A program made the position numbers and the translations under genes. Positions 20,802 through 29,911 of a stretch of 49,155 nt of DNA are shown piece by piece. The stretch spans positions 1 through 49,155 of the forward strand of contig JAZSLF010000107.1 in NCBI GenBank assembly GCA_045535205.1, read 5' to 3'. The stretch is from Eubacteriales bacterium (GTDB lineage: Bacteria > Bacillota > Clostridia > Oscillospirales > CAG-272). Each line of letters opens with the position of its first letter. The first letter of the stretch is position 1. The notes below the pieces were generated by a model. It ran no database searches and was not told the DNA's origin. It saw nothing but the letters and a program-made list of their open reading frames with translations.

Positions 20802-22307
20802 ATGATAGTCAGAATTAAAGGTGAATTGAGTGAGTTTTATGCTCAGACGCTTTGTCTCACTTTGTTTCCCGGTGCGACATTTGGGAAAACAGAAGTGCTG
20901 TGTGATGAAATCCCGGTTGTTGCTTTTGATCTTAAAGAGGATGATGATTGTTATTTCTGCAAGGTAGAAATAGTACATAATAAGAAGACTGTATACGGAG
21001 AGCATACTCTTTCCAAAAATGAAACGCTGTCACGTCCCTCAATGGCACATAAAGTCTGTGCAGGAAAGGCTTTTTTGAAGGCCTCGGAAGCATACGGCGG
21101 GTCTCGTTTGCCGTGGGGAATACTTATTGGTGTAAGACCTGCAAAGCTTGCAACGGAATTACTCGATTGTGGTATGAGTGAAAGCGATGCTGCGGCTGTA
21201 TTTGAAAGAGAGTACTCCGTTACTTCACAAAAGGCAAAGCTTGCCGTAGAGGTAGCAAAATCGGAAAAGCGGCTTATAAAACCCAACGTATATAACGAGT
21301 GCAGCTTGTATGTCGCTATCCCGTTTTGTCCCACAAGGTGCAGCTATTGTTCGTTTGTTTCCTTTACTTCGGAAAAACTGCTTAAACTTATTCCGGAATA
21401 CGTAAGTGTTCTTTTAAAGGATATTAAAAGATGTGCTGATATAATTTCAACTCTCGGAATTAAAATTTCAACAGTTTATATCGGCGGTGGAACACCTACC
21501 GTATTAAATGCTGTTCAGCTTGAACAGCTTTTGTCCTGTATATATGACAGTATTGACACCTCTTTGTTGACCGAATTTACACTTGAAGCGGGAAGACCGG
21601 ATACAATAACTCAGGAAAAATTAAGCATCGCCCAAAAATACGGTGTGTCAAGAGTAAGTGTAAATACTCAGACATTAAATGATGAAATTTTAGCATCCAT
21701 CGGAAGAAAACATACGTCGGAGGATTTTTATAAAGCTTATTGGATTGCAAGAGATTGCAGCTTTGACTGCATTAACGTCGATCTTATTGCGGGACTTCCC
21801 GGAGAACAGTTTGAAAGCTTTGCTTCTACTGTCGATAAAATAGCAGACCTTCGTCCCGAAAATGTTACGGTACACACTTTCAGCGTAAAAAAATCAGCTG
21901 AGGTCAAAAGAACTGTTGACAATATTTTTTCCCGTGAGCATAAAACAGCTTCTGACAGCGTTGACTATTCTCAGAAAATCATGAATGAATCGGGATATTT
22001 TCCATATTATATGTACAGACAGAAGAATACGAGAGGAAATCTTGAGAACGTAGGTTTTTCCCTGCCTGAAAAGGAAGGACTGTACAATATTTACATGATG
22101 GAAGAGGTGCAGACAATATTCGCCGTTGGTGCTTCTGCAGTAACTAAGCTCGTTTCCATGGATGAGAAAGGGAACAGGCTTGAGATAAAGAGAATTGCCG
22201 AAAGCAAATATCCGTATGAATATTTAGCCGATAAAACAGGCGATGAAAGTTCTCAAAAATCCGATAGAATAAAAGAAGATATACTCAGATTTTACGGCAG
22301 AACTTAA
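20802..22307 (+). CDS. hemZ: HemZ-like radical SAM protein
   Basis: PWGILIGVRP, IPFCPTRCSYCSF (CxxxCxxC), YIGGGTPT, EAGRPD, PYYMYRQK; position after relA-dtd. Confidence 0.88.
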   Translation: MIVRIKGELSEFYAQTLCLTLFPGATFGKTEVLCDEIPVVAFDLKEDDDCYFCKVEIVHNKKTVYGEHTLSKNETLSRPSMAHKVCAGKAFLKASEAYGGSRLPWGILIGVRPAKLATELLDCGMSESDAAAVFEREYSVTSQKAKLAVEVAKSEKRLIKPNVYNECSLYVAIPFCPTRCSYCSFVSFTSEKLLKLIPEYVSVLLKDIKRCADIISTLGIKISTVYIGGGTPTVLNAVQLEQLLSCIYDSIDTSLLTEFTLEAGRPDTITQEKLSIAQKYGVSRVSVNTQTLNDEILASIGRKHTSEDFYKAYWIARDCSFDCINVDLIAGLPGEQFESFASTVDKIADLRPENVTVHTFSVKKSAEVKRTVDNIFSREHKTASDSVDYSQKIMNESGYFPYYMYRQKNTRGNLENVGFSLPEKEGLYNIYMMEEVQTIFAVGASAVTKLVSMDEKGNRLEIKRIAESKYPYEYLADKTGDESSQKSDRIKEDILRFYGRT

Positions 22308-22328
22308 TTTCGACGGAAAGGAGACATT

Positions 22329-23222
22329 ATGATAACTCTTGAGCTGAGCTTAAACTCATATCAAAGTGCACATCGCTTTGTCGAGATGTGTGAATTGAAT
22401 TTTGAAAAGGAACTTGAAGGTCAAATCACCTCTGTTCTGGAAGAGAATACTAAAATTATTACGTTGTCGGGACCCACCTGCAGCGGAAAAACAACTACTG
22501 CGAAAAAACTTATAAATCAAATCGAGCAAAGCGGTCTGAGAGCTCACGTAATATCAATTGATGATTTTTACAGAGATAATATCAGAGAAGATAAAAACTG
22601 CATGGATTGGGATAGTGCGGCAGCACTCGATCTCGGTAGCTTTGACAGATTTGTAACAGATCTTCTTACAGGCAAAACCGCCCGTAAGCCCATATTTGAT
22701 CTCGGAAGCGGAAGAATCAGCGGATATGAAGATCATGTGTTTACAGGTGAGGATATATTTGTTTTTGAAGGTATACAAGCCGTATATCCCGAAATAACAC
22801 ATAATTTTAAAGATGTTTCTTACAGCAGCATCTTTGTCAGCGTTCCCGAAGATGTTGTTTTGAACGGAGTATATTTTGACAGACATGAGATTCGTTTGAT
22901 AAGACGGCTTGTTCGGGATGTTAAGTTCAGAAACACCTCGTTTGAAACGACCTTCAGAATTTGGAATTCAGTCAGAGAAAATGAAAAAAAGAATATATAT
23001 CCGAACGTAAATGAAATTCGGTATAAAATCAATTCTTTTATGCCCTATGAGCTTTTAATAATCGGAAAATATCTGCTTCCTTTGGCAGAAAATATTAAGG
23101 AAGATTTTAAAGGTTACGATTTGCTGACTTCCATAGTAACAAAACTTAAAAAAGTTACAAATGAATATGTAACGGAGGATATGATTTCCCGAAGATCAGT
23201 GTTCAGAGAATTTATCGGGTAG
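22329..23222 (+). CDS. Uridine / nucleoside kinase-family P-loop protein
   Basis: Walker A SGPTCSGKTT, ISIDDFY, FEGI, RLIRRLVRD, E.KNIYP, NS.MPYEL. Confidence 0.78.
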   Translation: MITLELSLNSYQSAHRFVEMCELNFEKELEGQITSVLEENTKIITLSGPTCSGKTTTAKKLINQIEQSGLRAHVISIDDFYRDNIREDKNCMDWDSAAALDLGSFDRFVTDLLTGKTARKPIFDLGSGRISGYEDHVFTGEDIFVFEGIQAVYPEITHNFKDVSYSSIFVSVPEDVVLNGVYFDRHEIRLIRRLVRDVKFRNTSFETTFRIWNSVRENEKKNIYPNVNEIRYKINSFMPYELLIIGKYLLPLAENIKEDFKGYDLLTSIVTKLKKVTNEYVTEDMISRRSVFREFIG

Positions 23223-23240
23223 TTTCAAGGAGCTTTACAT

Positions 23241-24896
23241 ATGAAGAATGAAAAGGTTTTAAGATCAGGCGGTCATATAAAGGCAAAGGACAGTAAAAAG
23301 CTGTTTCTGTCCGGTGTAATAGTATTGACTGTTGCCAATATTCTTGTAAAAGTTATCGGAGCTTTTCTTAAAGCACCGTTACACGCCATACTTACTGACG
23401 GCGGTATGGGGTATTATAACGTAGCTTATGATATTTATGTTTGGTTTTATATGATATCAACCGCCGGTCTTCCGGTAGCCGTATCCATCATGATTTCGGG
23501 AAGCCGTGCCAAAGGAAACTTTCGTGATGCAAAAAAAATATTCAAAGTAGTATTTTGGATATTTGCCGCAATAGGCATCATCGGTATGGCTCTGATGATA
23601 ACCTTGTCGAAGGTGTTTGCGGGAATATATAAGCTTGATGCGGCATATCTCTGTATAATGGCAATTGCACCGACGTTGTTCTTTATCTGCCTTTCAAGCT
23701 CATACAGAGGCTATTTCCAGGGACATCAGAATATGATTCCCACAGCTATTTCAGAGGTCATAGAAGCTATCGGTAAACTCAGCTTCGGTATTGTATTTGC
23801 ACTTTATGCAAAAAATGCCGGTTATCCTCTCCATATTGTAGCTGCATTCACTTTGCTTGGTCTCACTATCGGTACGGCGTGCAGTATGCTTTATCTGTTT
23901 ATAACCAAGCTGTTGTTTAATGAAAGTGCCTATAACGCTTCTCTTGACGTTGTCGAAAATAAAGAATACGTCACACCCACAAAAGAAATAATAAAGACTC
24001 TTTTAAAAATAGGTGTGCCGATTACGATCAGCTCCTCCGTAATGAGCTTTACAAACGTTATCGACGGTATGATATTGTCATCAAGACTTCAATCGATCGG
24101 TTATCTTCCCGAGGAGGTTTCTGCTATGTTCGGCAACTATAAGACCCTTGCCGTTACAATGTTTAACCTGCCTCCTGCGTTGATTTATCCGATCACGGCA
24201 TCTATTGTGCCTTTACTGTCTGCGGCTGTAGCAGGAAACAAAAAAAAGCTTGTCGGGGATATTATGAACAGCTCTCTCAGAGTGTGCTCAATAATAGCAT
24301 TTCCTTGTGCGTTTGGACTTTCGGCCCTTGCATATCCGCTTTTGACTCTGATATTTAACGAAGAGTCATCGGCTATGGCTGCCCCCCTTTTGTCTGTGCT
24401 TGCACCGTCTATTTTCTTTCTCGGAATGCTCTCGGTAACAAATTCGTTCCTTCAGTCGCATAAGTATCAGATATATCCCATTATTTCCATGGCTGTCGGT
24501 GCGGCGGTCAAGCTTCTTTCAAGCTATCTTCTTATTGGTACGAAGGGGATTGAAATGTATGGAGCACCCATCGGAACCTTCCTTTGCTATATGACGATAA
24601 TGCTCTTTAATTTCTTCTTTGTCGGAAAGAAGATAGGCTACAGACCCTCAATAGCAAAGATATTCCTGAAGCCCTTTATCGCAGGCATCATTTGTGCATT
24701 CGCAGCATTCGGTTCCAATTATCTGCTGTCAGCCTATGTATCCCCCAAGCTGTCTGCAATAGCCTCCGTTGTAGTTGCTGCTGCGGTATATTTTGTTTTG
24801 ATAATTGTGCTTAAAGCGTTTACTAAAGATGATGTTCTTCTTTTGCCCAAGGGTAAAAAGATAGCTTCTTTGCTTGAAAAGTACAAATTGATTTAA
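23241..24896 (+). CDS. MurJ/SpoVB/YabM-like polysaccharide biosynthesis flippase (MOP family)
   Basis: About 14 TM segments; ILVKVIG, STAGLPVAVS, RGYFQG, PTAISEVIE; position before hup-yabO-yabP-yabQ-divIC matches yabM. Confidence 0.85.
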   Translation: MKNEKVLRSGGHIKAKDSKKLFLSGVIVLTVANILVKVIGAFLKAPLHAILTDGGMGYYNVAYDIYVWFYMISTAGLPVAVSIMISGSRAKGNFRDAKKIFKVVFWIFAAIGIIGMALMITLSKVFAGIYKLDAAYLCIMAIAPTLFFICLSSSYRGYFQGHQNMIPTAISEVIEAIGKLSFGIVFALYAKNAGYPLHIVAAFTLLGLTIGTACSMLYLFITKLLFNESAYNASLDVVENKEYVTPTKEIIKTLLKIGVPITISSSVMSFTNVIDGMILSSRLQSIGYLPEEVSAMFGNYKTLAVTMFNLPPALIYPITASIVPLLSAAVAGNKKKLVGDIMNSSLRVCSIIAFPCAFGLSALAYPLLTLIFNEESSAMAAPLLSVLAPSIFFLGMLSVTNSFLQSHKYQIYPIISMAVGAAVKLLSSYLLIGTKGIEMYGAPIGTFLCYMTIMLFNFFFVGKKIGYRPSIAKIFLKPFIAGIICAFAAFGSNYLLSAYVSPKLSAIASVVVAAAVYFVLIIVLKAFTKDDVLLLPKGKKIASLLEKYKLI

Positions 24897-25006
24897 TTTT
24901 TTAAAATAACAAATTATTAATTTGTATTTAATTTGATATTTCCGTATTGTTAATTGTAAATTTTGCAGTTTATAGCTGTATAGCCGTTGTTTTTTGAAAA
25001 AAACAC

Positions 25007-25035
25007 TTGAAATAAGTAAATAATAATGGTATACT
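25007..25035 (+). promoter_or_regulatory. Sigma-A promoter of hup
   Basis: TTGAAA (25007-25012), 17 nt, extended -10 TGgTATACT (25027-25035). Confidence 0.75.
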
Positions 25036-25098
25036 ATGAATTGTAAAGAACCTGTAAGATACAGGAAATATTTTAATTATGAGAAAGGACTTATCAAA

Positions 25099-25374
25099 AT
25101 GAATAAGACACAACTCATCGAAGTAGTAGCAAATAACGCAGGCCTCACAAAGAAGGCGGCAGAAGCAGCAGTAGCAGCAACATTCGCAGCAATCGAAGAT
25201 GCTCTCGTAGCAGGCGAAAAGGTTCAGCTTATCGGCTTCGGTTCTTTTGAAGTTAAGGAAAGAGCTGCTCGCACAGGCCGTAACCCTGCAACAGGTGCTG
25301 CTATTGAAATTGCTGCAGCTAAGTATCCCGCATTCTCTGCAGGAACACCCCTCAAGGCTAAGATCAACAAATAA
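25099..25374 (+). CDS. hup: DNA-binding protein HU
   Basis: [11 protein letters not shown]...[25 protein letters not shown]; SD AAAGGA. Confidence 0.97.
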   Translation: MNKTQLIEVVANNAGLTKKAAEAAVAATFAAIEDALVAGEKVQLIGFGSFEVKERAARTGRNPATGAAIEIAAAKYPAFSAGTPLKAKINK

Positions 25375-25399
25375 TTATTTATTCAAAATGAACCCGTTG

Positions 25400-25425
25400 T
25401 GGCACACTTCAATTGAAGTGTGCCA
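25400..25425. repeat. Perfect 26-bp palindrome between hup and yabO
   Basis: TGGCACACTTCAA/TTGAAGTGTGCCA; no clear U-tract follows. Confidence 0.8.
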
Positions 25426-25455
25426 TAGCTATATTTATAACTTTCAGGAGATTGT

Positions 25456-25698
25456 ATGAGACTTGATAAATATTTAAAGGTTTCAAGAATTATAAAGAGA
25501 CGCACCGTAGCAAATGATGCCTGTGATACCGAACACGTCAGCGTTAACGGAAAACGTGCGAAAGCATCATATGACGTAAAGGTCGGTGACATAATTGAGA
25601 TAACCTTTGGAGAAAAAACATTAAAGCTTGTTGTTAAGGACATAAAGGAACACGTTGCTAAGGATGAAGCATCGCTTCTTTACGAAATTATTGTTTGA
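25456..25698 (+). CDS. yabO: S4-domain RNA-binding protein YabO (RqcP)
   Basis: MRLDKYLKVSRIIKRRTVANDAC...VNGKRAKASYDVKVGD. Confidence 0.93.
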   Translation: MRLDKYLKVSRIIKRRTVANDACDTEHVSVNGKRAKASYDVKVGDIIEITFGEKTLKLVVKDIKEHVAKDEASLLYEIIV

Positions 25699-25706
25699 TT
25701 AAGGAG

Positions 25707-25735
25707 TCATATTCAAAGTATCTTACGCATATCAT
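25707..25735 (+). promoter_or_regulatory. Sigma-E-type promoter of yabP-yabQ
   Basis: TCATATT (25707-25713), 14 nt, CATATCAT (25728-25735). This matches the SigE consensus, and yabPQ is SigE-controlled in B. subtilis. Confidence 0.75.
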
Positions 25736-25772
25736 TTAATAACGATTTTTGTTTGATGTTGCGGAGGTTCGT

Positions 25773-26051
25773 ATGGATACTGACGTTAAGAATACCATAA
25801 ATAATATTTCTATTTTTGATAGACAAAAAGCTGAGCTTACAGGAATATATGACGTTGTAGGCTTCAGCGACACTACCGTAGTAGCCACCTGCAAAAGCGG
25901 AAATATATCCATAGACGGAAGCGGCATGAAGATCGAAAGCTTTGACTCATCGACAGGGAAGCTGTGCGTAACAGGAAGCATCAACGGACTGTTTTATTAC
26001 GGAGGTGTCGAAAAAGAAAAGAGAAATAAACTGCGTAAGGTTTTTGGTTGA
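25773..26051 (+). CDS. yabP: Sporulation protein YabP
   Basis: RQKAELTGIYDVVGFSD...G.ISIDG..MKI...GKLCVTGSINGLFY; synteny; SD GGAGG. Confidence 0.85.
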   Translation: MDTDVKNTINNISIFDRQKAELTGIYDVVGFSDTTVVATCKSGNISIDGSGMKIESFDSSTGKLCVTGSINGLFYYGGVEKEKRNKLRKVFG

Positions 26052-26057
26052 TATACA

Positions 26058-26651
26058 ATGCCTGTATCAATGACAATGCTTTTGCGTGCCTCATTATACG
26101 CCGTAATTCTCGGCATATTGTTTGGTGCAGCATATGATGTTATACGTATATCAAGAGTTTTTTTAGGTGTTTCAACCTACGGTGAAAAGGCGAGATTTAA
26201 CCGTATATATAATAACACCTTTAAGGATATGCTGGATTTTAAAAGAATAAGCATTTTAGATGGCGTGTTTGTATTTACAGGCGATTTGATTTATTCTTTG
26301 TTTGTTACAGTATCCTTTGTTCTGTTTTTATTTGCGTTTAATTACGGCATTTTTCGGTGGTTTATATTAGTGTGTTCCGTTCTTGGTTTTTTTGCGTATT
26401 ATTTTACAGTCGGAAAATTAATCATATATTTTTCAAAGGAGCTTTCAGATTTAATAAAGCTTATCGTAAATTTGATAATATTTGTAGTTTTACAGCCGCT
26501 GAAGCTGATTATCGTATCTCTTAAATACGTTTATAGACATACCGCAGAAGTGTTGCTCAAAAGGATAAAATGTACTATTGACATTAAGAAAAAGAAAAGG
26601 TATACTGTAAAGTGTAAGGAACAGTTAAAAGAATTGATAGTTTTCAGGTGA
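26058..26651 (+). CDS. yabQ: Spore cortex biosynthesis protein YabQ-like
   Basis: GILFGAAYDVIRISR, D.IY, NYGIFRWF; multi-TM; between yabP and divIC. Confidence 0.8.
   Translation: MPVSMTMLLRASLYAVILGILFGAAYDVIRISRVFLGVSTYGEKARFNRIYNNTFKDMLDFKRISILDGVFVFTGDLIYSLFVTVSFVLFLFAFNYGIFRWFILVCSVLGFFAYYFTVGKLIIYFSKELSDLIKLIVNLIIFVVLQPLKLIIVSLKYVYRHTAEVLLKRIKCTIDIKKKKRYTVKCKEQLKELIVFR
26578..26606 (+). promoter_or_regulatory. Sigma-A promoter for divIC inside the yabQ coding sequence
   Basis: TTGACA (26578-26583), 17 nt, TATACT (26601-26606), about 50 nt before the divIC ATG. Confidence 0.75.
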
Positions 26652-26656
26652 TAATT

Positions 26657-26935
26657 ATGAAAAGAAAAGGAAATTTAGTCTTCAATATAGTTGTAGTTTT
26701 GTTTGTGTTCTTCTGTGCACTCAGCTCTGTGAAAATGATCATTGAGATTAACAGAATGAATGACGAAAAAGAACAGCTTATCCCGGAGATAGAAGCTATC
26801 AGAGACGAAAATGCACAGTATCAGGATATACTGAACACCCCCATGGATCAGGAGTATTATGAGGAAAAAGCGAGAGAAAAGCTTAACCTTCGTTTACCTG
26901 AAGAGATTATTTTTTATAATGACCTTATTAACTGA
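26657..26935 (+). CDS. divIC: Septum formation initiator DivIC/FtsB family
   Basis: Basic N-terminus, TM helix, coiled coil, EYYEEKAREKLNLRLPEEIIF. Confidence 0.85.
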   Translation: MKRKGNLVFNIVVVLFVFFCALSSVKMIIEINRMNDEKEQLIPEIEAIRDENAQYQDILNTPMDQEYYEEKAREKLNLRLPEEIIFYNDLIN

Positions 26936-26966
26936 AAAAGCTGAAGCAAAACGCTTCAGCTTTTTT
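26935..26966. terminator. Bidirectional intrinsic terminator
   Basis: AAAAAGCTGAAGC-aaaac-GCTTCAGCTTTTTT between convergent genes. Confidence 0.88.
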
Positions 26967-26973
26967 GATGGGA

Positions 26974-27846
26974 TCAGTATTCGTTAGAATTAACGTAAAG
27001 AGGATGTGCGTGCGTCTTGACGTAGTCGATAACTGCTTTGTAGCCTTCCTCGTTTAGAAGATAACCGTCGTCAGAAGCATATTCTGAATTTAACCGGCCG
27101 CTTTCATCAGTCAGAGCCGACCAGCTGTCAATATAATATACTTTGTAAATGGAACAAAGCTCCCTCAGCCATTCATTTCGTTCTAAAACGGCTTCGTTGT
27201 CAAGGAAAGTACAATTGTCTGATACGGGAAAAATTGACTGTATCATTATCTGTGTGTTGGGTGAAACCTGCTTTACATTAATAATAAAATCGCCAAAGCT
27301 TGTAATAAGCCTGTCTTTAGTCAATATCTCGTTTTCTTCACAGTACGAACCGAAGGAAAGAACAAGAAATGCGGGAGCTCTGTCCTTCAGCGCAGTTAAA
27401 TAGTTTGTTGCTTCGTATGAAGCCGGATAAATAAAATTATTTACAACTGATATTTTTGAAGGGGAAACGTTGTTTTCAACCGACCAGACCTGTCGGATCG
27501 GATCGGGAATACCCGTGTATGTATAACGTCCCATAGCATAAGTGTTTTTGTCACCGAGGAATATGATTTTTTCAACGTAAGAACTTCCGTAGTCCTTGGT
27601 TTCTTTGAGAACAAAGGTTTCTTCGGGAGTAATTTCAACCGTATTTTCATCAGTCTCGCTTTGTTCGTCCTTTTCTTGATCTTGAGGAGCATCAAGTGAA
27701 TTATCAAGCGTTTCTTCGGTATGTGTTTCAAACTTATTTGTTATAACTTTAATATCGACTTGCTTGGAAAACAGGATTGCCGCAGAGGCGGAAATCAGTA
27801 TAAAAATCAATAGGGAAATGAAATGCCTGAGAGCATGAGAGTGCAT
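26974..27846 (-). CDS. Membrane-anchored SGNH/GDSL-fold protein with degenerate catalytic residues
   Basis: N-terminal TM, acidic linker, IIFLGDKNT (block I), IMIQSIFPV, N.WL.ELC...VYYID, DDGYLLNEEGY (block V). ATG 27846 follows SD GGAG. Confidence 0.72.
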   Translation of the reverse strand: MHSHALRHFISLLIFILISASAAILFSKQVDIKVITNKFETHTEETLDNSLDAPQDQEKDEQSETDENTVEITPEETFVLKETKDYGSSYVEKIIFLGDKNTYAMGRYTYTGIPDPIRQVWSVENNVSPSKISVVNNFIYPASYEATNYLTALKDRAPAFLVLSFGSYCEENEILTKDRLITSFGDFIINVKQVSPNTQIMIQSIFPVSDNCTFLDNEAVLERNEWLRELCSIYKVYYIDSWSALTDESGRLNSEYASDDGYLLNEEGYKAVIDYVKTHAHPLYVNSNEY

Positions 27847-27865
27847 AAATATTAATTCTCCGTGA

Positions 27866-28300
27866 TTATTCAAATTTAGAGGTGTATTTCTTAACGTCGT
27901 TGATCTTTTTTCTTCCGATGCTTCTTGTGCCGAGGATACAAAATGTTACAAGAACAAATATTATCACATATACAAGCATTGCGACAAGGGTGTACCCGCC
28001 TGAAGATATATTGTTTCTCATTACAACAACGACAAAGTAATAGAAAATACCGAGTATAATAAAATTAATAAAATGTGAAGCTGCAAATGAAAGCTTTGGA
28101 TTTTTATACAAAAGCACGCTGAGAGAAACGACAAGGGAAATTGCGAAAATTATTATTACCGTTGAAAATGTCGGAATAAACGATTTTTCGCTGTTGCTTA
28201 CAATAGCTCCTGCAGAGTAAAGCAGGATGATTATCGGGGTAAATATGCAACAAGCTCTTGTAAGAATTGATAAGATATACTTTGGTTTATTATTTTTCAT
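27866..28300 (-). CDS. Hypothetical 4-TM membrane protein
   Basis: 144 aa with four hydrophobic segments, SD AGGCGG and its own promoter. Confidence 0.75.
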   Translation of the reverse strand: MKNNKPKYILSILTRACCIFTPIIILLYSAGAIVSNSEKSFIPTFSTVIIIFAISLVVSLSVLLYKNPKLSFAASHFINFIILGIFYYFVVVVMRNNISSGGYTLVAMLVYVIIFVLVTFCILGTRSIGRKKINDVKKYTSKFE

Positions 28301-28328
28301 GTAAGTTCCGCCTATTAAGATTATTGAT

Positions 28329-28357
28329 ATAATACCATAAAAAACAGCTTTTTACAA
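28329..28357 (-). promoter_or_regulatory. Sigma-A promoter of the 4-TM/SGNH pair
   Basis: Minus strand TTGTAA, 17 nt, extended -10 TGgTATTAT. Confidence 0.6.
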
Positions 28358-28445
28358 GGAAAAAATTCAGTTTTTCTTTTAACGCAAAAAAATTCACAAT
28401 AAAATTATAAGTTGTATAATTTTCCGTATTCTTCCGAAATACTCA

Positions 28446-28474
28446 TTGACAATCATATTCATTGATTGTATAAT
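28446..28474 (+). promoter_or_regulatory. Sigma-A promoter of the nusB operon
   Basis: TTGACA (28446-28451), 17 nt, TATAAT (28469-28474); perfect consensus. Confidence 0.85.
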
Positions 28475-28509
28475 ATAATATAATATTATAATATGTCCAG
28501 GAGGACCCT

Positions 28510-28953
28510 ATGACAAGACGTGAGCAGAGGGAAGCTTTAGTTGCATTACTTTATGAATATACATACCGTGACGGTATGGATGCTCATCAATTCATTTCCG
28601 AAAAAGAAGCATTCGATGAAGCGGAATGTGATGCATACGTTAAAGATACTTTTATTAAGTGTGTAGCTTCCGTTTCTGAACTTGATGAGGCTATAAAAAA
28701 ATACGCTGTAAGATGGAAAATATCAAGAATATCGAAAATAACAAAATCTGTTCTCAGACTTGGTGTGTATGAGCTTACATTTACCGAAACACCGCCGAAG
28801 GTCATTATCAATGAAGCTGTTGAGCTTGCAAAGATCTACGGTGAGGATAAAGCTTCGGGATTTGTAAACGGAATTCTCAATAACTTCGCAAGAGGTGAAG
28901 GTAAGCTCGGCGAAATGCCCTCAGAAGAAAAAAATGCTTCAGATGAAGAATAA
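28510..28953 (+). CDS. nusB: Transcription antitermination factor NusB
   Basis: MTRREQRE, WKISRI, LRLGVYEL, VIINEAVELAKIYG, FVNGIL. Confidence 0.95.
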   Translation: MTRREQREALVALLYEYTYRDGMDAHQFISEKEAFDEAECDAYVKDTFIKCVASVSELDEAIKKYAVRWKISRISKITKSVLRLGVYELTFTETPPKVIINEAVELAKIYGEDKASGFVNGILNNFARGEGKLGEMPSEEKNASDEE

Positions 28954-29911
28954 GTGCTTTTGCGGAATTGATACAAGCAATTATACGACCTCCCTTGCTA
29001 TATGCGATGAACAGGGAAACGTTGTTCTAAACTATAAAAAGCTTCTTCCTGTTAAAGACGGAGAAAGAGGGCTCAGACAGAGCGATGCTGTATTTCACCA
29101 TACCTCTGCCATGAATGAAGTTTCTGAGGTAATAGATAATTATTTTAAAAGTCATTCGGATGCACAGCTTTCTGCCATTGGATATTCATATGCTCCGAGA
29201 GACTGTAAGGGCTCATATATGCCATGCTTTCTTGTTGGAGGTGCAATTGCAAAAGTCCTGTCGGCTGTAATGCAGATACCTGCATTTCCGTTTTCGCATC
29301 AAAGCGGACATATAATGGCTTCGCTGTACTCCGCAGGTCGAACAGATCTTGCGGACAAACAGTTTGCCGCCTTTCACGTATCGGGCGGCACTACTGATGT
29401 TTTGCTTGTAAAGGGTAAAAGCGAATTTGGTTTTGATATTGAACAGATAGGCGGCACCGCAGATCTAAATGCAGGTCAGGTCATCGACAGAGTGGGTGTA
29501 TATATGGGTCTTTCTTTTCCTGCGGGAGCACAGCTCGAAAAAGAAGCTCTTGCAAACCACGAAAAGATCCCCTCGTACAAGATCAGAATAAATCGAATGA
29601 GATGTAATTTATCCGGGATAGAAAACAAAGCCTGTAAGCTTTATGATGAAACACAAAACAAAAAATTGACAGCCGCATTTACCGTAAATGCAGTAGGCGA
29701 GGCACTTGAAAAATTGAGCGAAGAGCTTAAACTTTCATATCCCGAAATTGAAACCGTATACGCAGGCGGTGTTATGAGCTGTAGCATTTTAAAGGAAAGA
29801 CTTAAAAAATTTTCAAGTAATTTTGCCGCACCCGAGTTTTCATCCGACAATGCTGCTGGGACGTCACTTCTTGCAAGAAACAGATATTTTGAACTCAGGA
29901 GTGATGATTGA
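28943..29911 (+). CDS. TsaD/Kae1-like (peptidase M22 family) paralogue
   Basis: GIDTSNYTTS, GLRQSDAVFHH, SHQSGH (HxxxH), HVSGGTT, D.NAGQVIDRVG, SSDNAAG. Confidence 0.82.
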   Translation: MKNKCFCGIDTSNYTTSLAICDEQGNVVLNYKKLLPVKDGERGLRQSDAVFHHTSAMNEVSEVIDNYFKSHSDAQLSAIGYSYAPRDCKGSYMPCFLVGGAIAKVLSAVMQIPAFPFSHQSGHIMASLYSAGRTDLADKQFAAFHVSGGTTDVLLVKGKSEFGFDIEQIGGTADLNAGQVIDRVGVYMGLSFPAGAQLEKEALANHEKIPSYKIRINRMRCNLSGIENKACKLYDETQNKKLTAAFTVNAVGEALEKLSEELKLSYPEIETVYAGGVMSCSILKERLKKFSSNFAAPEFSSDNAAGTSLLARNRYFELRSDD

